From positions 16,339 to 80,338 of the forward strand of contig USEX01000002.1 of NCBI GenBank assembly GCA_900553755.1: 64,000 nucleotides of DNA, given 5' to 3'. The notes below the pieces were generated by a model. The model was not told where the DNA came from. It saw only the letters and a list, made by a program, of their open reading frames with translations, and searched no databases. Shown piece by piece: positions 45,015 through 52,321 of this stretch. The position numbers were made by a program, and so were the translations under genes. Source of the stretch: an uncultured Clostridium sp. (lineage in GTDB: Bacteria; Bacillota; Clostridia; TANB77; CAG-508). Every line of letters starts with the position of its first letter. The first letter of the stretch is position 1.

Positions 45015-45163
45015 AAAGAAAAAGATTTAAATATGCCCATTTAAATCTTAAAAATACTATTTAACACACAAAGAAAACCTTGTTATAGTATGTAAGTATT
45101 TTACAACTTATAATGCTAAATAGCAAGGGTTTTCTTTTGTTTTTTTGAGAAAGGAAGGAAAAT

Positions 45164-46546
45164 ATGAATGTAATAAGTGGAATTTCTTATGGTGTTTATT
45201 TAAATAAGAAAATAAAAACTAATAAGATACAACAATTTAAAAATATGACAGCTTTAGAAGTCTGTCAACAATGTGAACATTATAAAATTTGCAAATACGG
45301 AAAAATAAGTAAGTTTGAAAAAGAAAAAATATTTGAAAACAATATTGAATGTGAAAATCTATATTTTTCAATTAATAGAAAAGCAACTTTAACAACAATT
45401 AGAGATACAACTACAGGAAAAGAAACTAAAAAAAGCTTTTCTGGAAAAACAAAAGATGAAGCAATAAGTAAAGCTCTTGCTGCAAAAGTAGAAATTGAGC
45501 AAAATGGAGGAATAAGAGTTATAACTAAAAGTAATAAAACAATGTATGACTTGATTATTGAAATTCTAAATGAAGATCATAAATTAGGAAAAATAAAAGA
45601 TTCAACTTATAAAAGAAAAACAGATAGTTTAAAAAAGTTATCCTTAGAAAAATTTGTGAATAAACCAATATCAAAAGTTACAAGAACAGATATAATCAAT
45701 TATCTTGAAAGCTTAAGAGAATATTCAGCAAGCACAATAAAACAAACTTATGAATTAATATGTATGGCTTTTGGAAAAGCAAAATATGAAAATATAATTG
45801 AAGATAATTTTATGGAAGGATACAATAAAGTTGAAAAACCTAAAAGCAGTTATGTTTCAAAAGAAAGAATTGCTTTAACACTAGATGAACAAAGAATATT
45901 TGTAAATTATCTTAATTCTGTAGATTATGAAGAATGTAGATATAAATATTTATTTTTACTATTATTAAGTACAGGTATGAGAATAGGAGAAGCTTTAGCA
46001 TTAGATTATGAAAAAGATATTGATTTAGAAAACGGAGCAATTACAATAAGAAAAACTTTAACTAAAGATAAAAATGGTAAATATATTATTGGAGATACAA
46101 CTAAAACTTCTAATGGTGTAAGAACAATATATTTAAATAATACTAGCAAGCAAATATTAGAAAATGCATATAAAACAAGAATTGAAAATAAACAACATTT
46201 ATTATTTTGTAGTAAAAATAAAACTTTATATGCACCAAATACAATTAATAGTACATTAAAAAGATTAGCTATTAAATTAAATATTGGTGTTTATGAAGAA
46301 GAAAATAAAAAAGGTAAAATTATAAAGAATACAGATGCCCATACTCACATGCTAAGAGGAACATTTGCAACAAGATGTGCAGAAGCTAAAATTGCACCAG
46401 CAGTGCTTAAAAAAATACTAGGTCATAAAGATATTTCAATCACTATGAAATACTATGTTGATGTTGATAAAGAATTTGAGATTTCAGAAGGTAAAAATAT
46501 AGAAAATTATTTGATGAATAAAGATATTTTTGCTATTGAAAATTAG
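45164..46546 (+). CDS. int: Tyrosine site-specific integrase
   Basis: 460 aa with RBS AAAGGAAGGA. Catalytic residues are in context: TGMRIGEALAL (Arg), HMLRGTFAT (HxxR) and LGHKDISITMKYYVDV (His...Tyr). There is a Cys-rich N-terminal extension, CQQCEHYKICKYG. Confidence 0.92.
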   Translation: MNVISGISYGVYLNKKIKTNKIQQFKNMTALEVCQQCEHYKICKYGKISKFEKEKIFENNIECENLYFSINRKATLTTIRDTTTGKETKKSFSGKTKDEAISKALAAKVEIEQNGGIRVITKSNKTMYDLIIEILNEDHKLGKIKDSTYKRKTDSLKKLSLEKFVNKPISKVTRTDIINYLESLREYSASTIKQTYELICMAFGKAKYENIIEDNFMEGYNKVEKPKSSYVSKERIALTLDEQRIFVNYLNSVDYEECRYKYLFLLLLSTGMRIGEALALDYEKDIDLENGAITIRKTLTKDKNGKYIIGDTTKTSNGVRTIYLNNTSKQILENAYKTRIENKQHLLFCSKNKTLYAPNTINSTLKRLAIKLNIGVYEEENKKGKIIKNTDAHTHMLRGTFATRCAEAKIAPAVLKKILGHKDISITMKYYVDVDKEFEISEGKNIENYLMNKDIFAIEN

Positions 46547-46625
46547 AGCCTTTAAACTACTGAAAATACTAAAGAAAAACAGAAAGAATTTTAGAGAATT
46601 TATTGGAATTATTTACTAAAAATTC

Positions 46626-46645
46626 TCTGGAATATATTTCTGGAA
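46626..46645 (+). repeat. Two direct TCTGGAA copies near attR
   Basis: TTCTCTGGAATATATTTCTGGAATT: the same motif and orientation as the four copies at 36194..36245. Confidence 0.55.
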
Positions 46646-46705
46646 TTAAGTTTAAAACTATAAAACTATTGAAATATAAAGAAATTTAGAGGTTTGTAAT
46701 CTAAC

Positions 46706-46722
46706 TCACCTCGACCATATTT
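46706..46722 (+). repeat. attR core: second copy of TCACCTCGACCATATTT
   Basis: Exact 17/17 match to 36000..36016. Confidence 0.85.
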
Positions 46723-46855
46723 TACCCTTTTTCAAGGGAATTTAAGAGAATTTATAAAAATTCAAAAGTTATGAATTATGCTATTTTTCAAAGAAATTTG
46801 AGAATAGCATAATTTTTTTGCGTTCTAAAAAATTCTAAAAAATATGCTCATTTTC

Positions 46856-46919
46856 TTCAACAAAAAATTTCAACAAAAATATTTTCAAGTTCAAAAAAAT
46901 TTCAACAATATTTCAACAA
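46856..46919 (+). repeat. Four direct copies of TTCAACAA upstream of the remnant rep gene
   Basis: Copies at 46856, 46869, 46901 and 46912. The position and the 13-bp spacing of the first pair match the TCTGGAA set of the intact element, but the motif is different. Confidence 0.55.
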
Positions 46920-46987
46920 AAGAATTTTTAGTTGTATACCAATATTTTTCAAAGTTCTTCATATTGCAAAGAAAGGAGAACTTGCTT

Positions 46988-47560
46988 ATGAAATTTATAC
47001 CATATAAAGCTAATGAATGCTTTGAACATTTATATTATCAGATACCCATGGAATTATTTTTTAATAAAAATTATAAGGATAAATTAAGTTCAGATAGTAA
47101 AATTCTTTATGGTTTTTTATTAAACAGGTTAACTTTGTCAGCTAAAAATAATTGTATTGATGAAGAAAGCAATGTATTCTTAATATTTACTAGAAAAGAA
47201 GTTCAAGAATTATTGAATTTATCAGATAAAACTGTTACCAAATCATTTAAACAATTAAAAGAATGTAAGCTAATACATGAGAAAAAACAGGGCTCTACTA
47301 AACCTAATTTGATTTATGTAGGAAAAATAGAGCATGATAAAAATCTTATAAAAGTGATTCGTAAAAATTACGATTCAAGAGCCGTAAATTCTACGAGTCA
47401 TGACACGGAAAATTTACGACCTAACTATAACAATAATAATTATAACTATAAAGGAAAAAGCAAGTATAGTTTTCAAAATTATGAACAAAGGCATTATGAT
47501 AATTTAGATTTTTTATATGCAATCAATAGAAGAAAAAGAAATTTTCTTTTTAGGTGGTAA
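46988..47560 (+). CDS. RepA_N family replication initiator of the remnant element (3' end replaced at a deletion junction)
   Basis: The start MKFIPYK lies 8 nt after AAAGGAGAA. The sequence is collinear with 36312..36878 up to ...NYEQRHY, after which the tail INRRKRNFLFRW is unrelated. The track start at 46844 is a spurious extension over the repeats. Confidence 0.7.
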   Translation: MKFIPYKANECFEHLYYQIPMELFFNKNYKDKLSSDSKILYGFLLNRLTLSAKNNCIDEESNVFLIFTRKEVQELLNLSDKTVTKSFKQLKECKLIHEKKQGSTKPNLIYVGKIEHDKNLIKVIRKNYDSRAVNSTSHDTENLRPNYNNNNYNYKGKSKYSFQNYEQRHYDNLDFLYAINRRKRNFLFRW

Positions 47561-47636
47561 AGAAGTATACTTTTTCTTTAAACATCTTGGTATTTTGAGG
47601 TGGGTACTTTGTAGATTTCTTGAATATGCAAGCAAC

Positions 47637-47661
47637 GTATTTGTACTCACGCTACAAATAC
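47637..47661 (+). other. oriT-like hairpin of the remnant element
   Basis: GTATTTGT-ACTCACGCT-ACAAATAC: same stem as 38962..38986, with one loop base changed. Confidence 0.5.
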
Positions 47662-47719
47662 ACATAAGAATGGGAAGAATCCCAAACCCAAAGAAAAAAA
47701 TAGAAAGTGAGATAAAAAA

Positions 47720-48085
47720 ATGAGAGCTAGAAATATAAAAATTAATATATTTTTAAATGAAGATGAAAAAAGAATTTTGGATGAAAAGGTAAAAAAGTCT
47801 GGATTAAATAAATCAGAATTTTTTATAAAAATAATTTTAGATTATAAGTTAAAAGAACAACCAGATGAAAGATTTTATGAAATACTTGCTCAATTGAGAG
47901 GTATGGCAAATAACTTAAATCAAATGGCAAGAACTTATAACAGATATCAGGGTTATATGAGAGAAGACAAGTTTACTCCATTGCTACATCAGATACAAGA
48001 TTTTGTTTTAAGTTTAGAGCAAGTTTATTTTTCCCCTCAAAAGAAAGGAACTTTATATGGCAACAACAAAACTATGGAAATTTAA
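47720..48085 (+). CDS. mobC: MobC of the remnant element
   Basis: 121 aa, collinear with 39045..39410 (LAQLRGMANNLNQMARTYN). Confidence 0.8.
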   Translation: MRARNIKINIFLNEDEKRILDEKVKKSGLNKSEFFIKIILDYKLKEQPDERFYEILAQLRGMANNLNQMARTYNRYQGYMREDKFTPLLHQIQDFVLSLEQVYFSPQKKGTLYGNNKTMEI

Positions 48086-48152
48086 AAGTAGATTAGATAG
48101 GCTTATAGATTATGCAATTAATGGAGAACTTAGTTCATTTTCCTTTTTGTGA
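48057..48152 (+). pseudogene. Truncated relaxase (first ~21 codons only)
   Basis: MATTKLWKFKSRLDRLIDYAI matches MATTSLWKFSSRLKGLIDYVS of the intact relaxase. Homology is then lost, with a stop at 48150..48152. Confidence 0.75.
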
Positions 48153-48318
48153 TTTATCTCAATAAAATTTCCTAGTAATTTCCTTTTAATTTCCTCTGTT
48201 TCCTTTATATCATAATATTCTTCTGTTTTATTTTTTGAATCGTAAACTCTTGAGCCAAAATACTCATCAACAATAAAATACCTTTTAATTTTTTTATCAA
48301 TTCTCCTTTTTATTATGA

Positions 48319-48783
48319 TTAATTACATGCTTTAGTTCTTTTATTAAGTTTTTCATTTAATTCCCATAAAGCTGTCTTATTACTATCATACTTTAGTTTT
48401 TTTAATGCTTCATCATATTCTACCCATTTGTATTCTTTGTGCTCATTTGAAAGTTGGATATTATCATCCTCGTCTTTTATTTCTATAGCGTATGAGTATT
48501 CTGGTACAACATATACATTTGGCCCCCAAGTATATTCTCCCGTTATATTTAATACTGGAATAGTAGTTTTAGAATCTAATTGTTCTATTTTTATTTTTTC
48601 GACAATTAATGATGTTTCTTCCTTTATTTCCCTAATCACCGTTTCAAGAGGCTTCTCATTATTTTCTCCCCCTCCTGATATAAATTGCCATATAGGGTGT
48701 GAATTTCTATAAAATATACCATATAGGATTCTATTATTTTCTCTTTTATATAGGATTGTTAAAATTTGATATGGCGCTCTCAT
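48319..48783 (-). CDS. NUDIX hydrolase
   Basis: Nudix box GGGENNEKPLETVIREIKEETSL (Gx5Ex7REUxEExGU). The start is taken at MRAPYQ (48783), 8 nt after GGAGGG; the ORF is open from 48831. Confidence 0.85.
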   Translation of the reverse strand: MRAPYQILTILYKRENNRILYGIFYRNSHPIWQFISGGGENNEKPLETVIREIKEETSLIVEKIKIEQLDSKTTIPVLNITGEYTWGPNVYVVPEYSYAIEIKDEDDNIQLSNEHKEYKWVEYDEALKKLKYDSNKTALWELNEKLNKRTKACN

Positions 48784-49117
48784 AAGATATTCCCTCCTAG
48801 CTCTTTTATTGTAATGACTTAAGTATACCACATTTTCCTATTAAAAGTTTAGTTATTTTCACTACTTGCATAATTATTTATTTTTCTCTATCCAATCACA
48901 AAATTCATTTTTAGAAATCTTGTTTTCCCTATATAATTTTAATTGCTCTCTGGCTTTGACTTTCCATTCTTTTTCTAAAGTCATCTCTTTGCATTGCCTG
49001 TGAAATATTAATCATTTGGAATGTTTCAAATAATCCATAAGGAGTAGTCTTGTCAATCCATTCAGAATTAAATTTAATATTAATTTTGTCAAGGTTTAAC
49101 TTATTTTGTCAACATAA

Positions 49118-49603
49118 TTAGTTAATTTTTTGCTCAAATCTTATATTTTTAATATTCATGCCTAAATTTTTATAAAAATTTATAGCATTTTCATTAAATC
49201 CCCACACCAATAGTTCTATATTATCAATATTTCTTTCCTTGGCTAATTGTACAATTTGCTCATATAATTTTTTACCAATTCCTTTTTTTTGATAATTTTT
49301 GTCAACGCAAATATTTTCAATATGTAAAATTTTTCTGTCTTTCATAATTTTATTATTTGATATTTCCTTTATTTGAGAAAAACAAATCCCTACAATTTCA
49401 TTTTTAAATTCAGCAATTAAATATATATTATTGCTATTTGATAATTCATTTTTAAATTCATCAAAATTTATGGGATCAACATCTTTATATATATCATTTC
49501 TCTCATTTATATGTAATTTATGTACTTGCATCATTAGTTTATGAACGCCTTGAAAATCAACTGTTTCAGGCTTTCTTATAATGATTTTCTCTTCCATACT
49601 CAT
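49118..49603 (-). CDS. GNAT family N-acetyltransferase
   Basis: 161 aa with the acetyl-CoA binding motif NICVDKNYQKKGIGKKLYEQIVQLAKERN...ENAINFYKNLGM. Confidence 0.88.
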   Translation of the reverse strand: MSMEEKIIIRKPETVDFQGVHKLMMQVHKLHINERNDIYKDVDPINFDEFKNELSNSNNIYLIAEFKNEIVGICFSQIKEISNNKIMKDRKILHIENICVDKNYQKKGIGKKLYEQIVQLAKERNIDNIELLVWGFNENAINFYKNLGMNIKNIRFEQKIN

Positions 49604-49666
49604 TTCTCCAATCTATTTTTATATTATTCTTATCTATTATATTAAATCTAAATTTAAAAAAATTTA

Positions 49667-50668
49667 TTACTGCTTATTTAGCCATTCCATATATTCAGTT
49701 TGAGTTAATTTTCCTTTTTCAACTTTTTCTCTTAATTGAATATTTTTATTTTTGAATTCATTAAAATCATTTTCATATTGGGTATTATCAGGATTTCTTC
49801 TTGTCCTTAATAGTAATTTCTGATAAACATTCCTATAAATTCTTAAATCATCATTTTCTTGCATTAACTTTTGTTTTGTTCTAAATGTTCCAACTTCTTT
49901 ACAAGTTTTATTGTTTTCATAAATATTATTGCAATATAATTCATCAACTCTATTATCGGGAACAAAGAATCTTCCGCAATTCTTACATTTTTTAATTGCA
50001 GTACTTTCTATTTCAGTCATTTCAAATAATTCAATTATAAATGTTTGTATTATATCAATGCTCTCAAAACAATATGAATTTAAATAATCTGCATTAACGT
50101 TTTTTGCAATTTCTTGCGCATTATCTTCTCTTGTTACAGAAAACTCTGTAAAATCTCCAAAATTATTTAAAGTTAATTTCAAATTATTTGAATCATATAA
50201 TTTTCTTATTTCAGATTCCTTTTTACTATCTCTTAATATATGTAATCTCTGTATAGGAGTTAAGTCATTCAATTCTTCTAAGTCATTTAAATTATATATA
50301 TATGTAATATCAGAAATGAAAGCATTTTTATACAGTTCTAATTTGTTTTTTAAATTATTTATAACATCATCAACCATTTCGTTGTATTCTTTTTCGGAAT
50401 AATACTGATAAATTTTCATATCAAATAGATGAGCTATTGTTGTAATACCATATGTGTTGATAAATTCCTTGATACTAGCTAAATCTGAAAAATCAGTATT
50501 TAAAAAGTCACATAATTGAACTCCTAGTTTGATTTTATCATATCTATTATAAAATTCATAATTTTTATGATTTTGATTAAATCTTAAATCTTGATATGCC
50601 ATAAATTTGTATTTAGTAAACTTATTTATAAAAAATTGATTTTTTAAGCGTAATTCAAATCTTTCCAA
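49667..50668 (-). CDS. Hypothetical protein with Cys-rich zinc-ribbon (paralogue of 43175..44095)
   Basis: 333 aa containing ...KKCKNCGRFFVPDNRVDELYCNNIYENNKTCKEVG, followed by a helical tail. The CxxCGRxF motif is shared with the IME cargo protein. Confidence 0.65.
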   Translation of the reverse strand: MERFELRLKNQFFINKFTKYKFMAYQDLRFNQNHKNYEFYNRYDKIKLGVQLCDFLNTDFSDLASIKEFINTYGITTIAHLFDMKIYQYYSEKEYNEMVDDVINNLKNKLELYKNAFISDITYIYNLNDLEELNDLTPIQRLHILRDSKKESEIRKLYDSNNLKLTLNNFGDFTEFSVTREDNAQEIAKNVNADYLNSYCFESIDIIQTFIIELFEMTEIESTAIKKCKNCGRFFVPDNRVDELYCNNIYENNKTCKEVGTFRTKQKLMQENDDLRIYRNVYQKLLLRTRRNPDNTQYENDFNEFKNKNIQLREKVEKGKLTQTEYMEWLNKQ

Positions 50669-50967
50669 ATGCCCTCATCATCGCTCATTGTTATTTGTTG
50701 AAAATATTTTATCACAAACTATCGACATACGCAATAGGTAATGCTAAAATAATTGTTAGTAGTTAATAAATAACTAGTAAAAACTAATTGTGAATAGCAC
50801 ATTGAAAATTTAATAATCCGTTACTGGATAGAAGCAGAAATGCTCTTCTACACAGTCTCAGCTTGAGTGATTTAAAAGTACCATCGCACGCTTAATATAA
50901 AAAATTAAATTTACTATTTTCAAAATTAAAATTTCAATCAAAATAATTAATACCTTTTAGTTTTCTA

Positions 50968-52128
50968 TTATTTTTTTGCTAATTTTAATTTTGTTTCTGT
51001 TTTTTTATTATTTTTTAAATATATAATTCTCACCTCATCTCCAGGTTTCTTAGAATATATATATTCTCTCAATTCAGCCATTTTTTCCAGTTTCACATCA
51101 TCTATTTGTAATATAATATCTCCCTCTTTTATTCCCTCTTTATATGCTGGTGAATTCTTTATTACTTTTGCCACATATATTCCACTATCAAAATTTTGTG
51201 ATATTCCTAAATCTTGATTAATATATGGAATTATATTTTTGTCATAAGCAAATACACCTAAAGTAGCTTGATTAAAATCTTCTCCATTTATTAATTTATT
51301 TAAAATCGGCTTTACTATATTTATTGGAGAGGCAAATCCAATTCCCTCTGCAGATGTAATTTTTACAGTATTTATTCCTATCACTTCTCCATCTATATTA
51401 ATCAGCGGTCCCCCGCTATTTCCAGGATTTATAGTTGCATCAGTCTGAATTAAATCTTCCATATAAGAAGTGTTGTTATTCTCCTCTAATTTTATAGTTC
51501 TATTTAATCCGCTTATTATCCCTGCCGTTACAGTCCTTTGAAACTCTGAACCTATAGGATTACCTATAGCATAAACACTCTGAGCTATTTTTAAATTATT
51601 AGAATCACCTAATCCCAAAAAATGTAAATTATTTGCAGAAATTTTTACTATACTAATATCTATAGCATTATCCGACCAAACTACACTCCCTGTATATGTT
51701 TTTCCATCTTCTAGTGTGACATAACAAGAGGAATATTTACTGCCTGATACGTGTTCATTTGTTAATATATATCCGTCATCAGAAACGATAAAACCCGTAC
51801 CTAATCCCAAAGATTCTACTCCATCACTCAAAAAAATCGTGCTACCTATATTTCTAAGTTTAGCAACTCCAACAACAGCACTATTTACTTTTTCAATTGT
51901 ATTAGAAATATCTGTATTTTCCTTTAGAGCATTGTTAGCTCCCACTTGAGTTGAAAGTTCTGTTGCCTTATAACTAGAATTCTCTGTAGATTTATCAAAT
52001 TTAAATGAAACATATACACAATATGCTAATACTGCAAATGATATTATTAATATAATTAAAACAATTATTTCTAACGACTTTATTATCCCTAATTTTTTCT
52101 TTGTTCTTTTATTTTCGTATTTTCTCAT
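50968..52128 (-). CDS. htrA: HtrA/DegP-type S1C serine protease with PDZ domain
   Basis: 386 aa with an N-terminal TM segment. Catalytic context is GTGFIVSDDGYILTNEHV ... DIS ... GNSGGPLINIDGEVIGINT. The C-terminal PDZ region carries GIYVAKVIKNSPAYKEGIKEGDIILQIDD. Confidence 0.92.
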   Translation of the reverse strand: MRKYENKRTKKKLGIIKSLEIIVLIILIISFAVLAYCVYVSFKFDKSTENSSYKATELSTQVGANNALKENTDISNTIEKVNSAVVGVAKLRNIGSTIFLSDGVESLGLGTGFIVSDDGYILTNEHVSGSKYSSCYVTLEDGKTYTGSVVWSDNAIDISIVKISANNLHFLGLGDSNNLKIAQSVYAIGNPIGSEFQRTVTAGIISGLNRTIKLEENNNTSYMEDLIQTDATINPGNSGGPLINIDGEVIGINTVKITSAEGIGFASPINIVKPILNKLINGEDFNQATLGVFAYDKNIIPYINQDLGISQNFDSGIYVAKVIKNSPAYKEGIKEGDIILQIDDVKLEKMAELREYIYSKKPGDEVRIIYLKNNKKTETKLKLAKK

Positions 52129-52245
52129 ATAACCTCACCTTGTTTATGTTTTTCCCTATTTTTCCATATCTATTCAATTATATTTTTTATTTATCAGTAA
52201 ATTAATACTTATTCATTTTGTTTTTACCATGTTTTTCCAAAACTA

Positions 52246-52275
52246 TTGATATTTCGACTGTTTTTATGCTATAAT
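52246..52275 (+). promoter_or_regulatory. Sigma-A promoter (extended -10) of the NRPS gene
   Basis: TTGATA (52246..52251), an 18-nt spacer, then TGCTATAAT (-10 at 52270..52275). RBS AAGGTGA lies 5 nt before the ATG at 52322. Confidence 0.65.
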
Positions 52276-52321
52276 GAAAAAGTGATACAAATAAGGAATA
52301 TTAAAAAATTAAGGTGATTAT

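Larger units (their letters stand above)
36000..46722 (+). mobile_element. Integrative mobilizable element (about 10.7 kb) in tRNA-Pro: RepA_N, TnpV, MobC, relaxase, cargo, HTH, Xis, tyrosine integrase
   Basis: It is bounded by the exact 17-bp repeat that regenerates the tRNA 3' end. The integrase and Xis genes sit at the attR end, and relaxase, MobC and a candidate oriT are internal. No T4SS or coupling-protein genes are present, so it is mobilizable rather than conjugative. Confidence 0.85.
46723..48122 (+). mobile_element. Decayed second, related integrative element in tandem (rep, gene fragment, oriT-like block, mobC, 5' stub of relaxase)
   Basis: It shows the same gene order and roughly two-thirds protein identity by eye to the intact element. 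It has an internal deletion and ends about 65 nt into the relaxase gene. The right boundary is not identifiable and may extend to about 50.7 kb. Confidence 0.7.

Noticed and set aside
47517-47723. ORF 47517..47723 (+) as a gene
   Set aside because: Only its first ~25 codons are homologous to the C-terminus of the 38561-type gene. The rest reads through the oriT-like block and the mobC leader, so it is a fragment rather than an intact gene.
50669-50967. 300-bp non-coding spacer with a GC-richer patch (…CCGTTACTGGATAGAAGCAGAAATGCTCTTCTACACAGTCTCAGCTTGAGTG…), considered as a structured RNA or a third att site
   Set aside because: I could fold no convincing conserved structure by eye. The best att-like string (50712..50732) needs several indels. 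It is mentioned only as a candidate boundary in the tandem-element finding.
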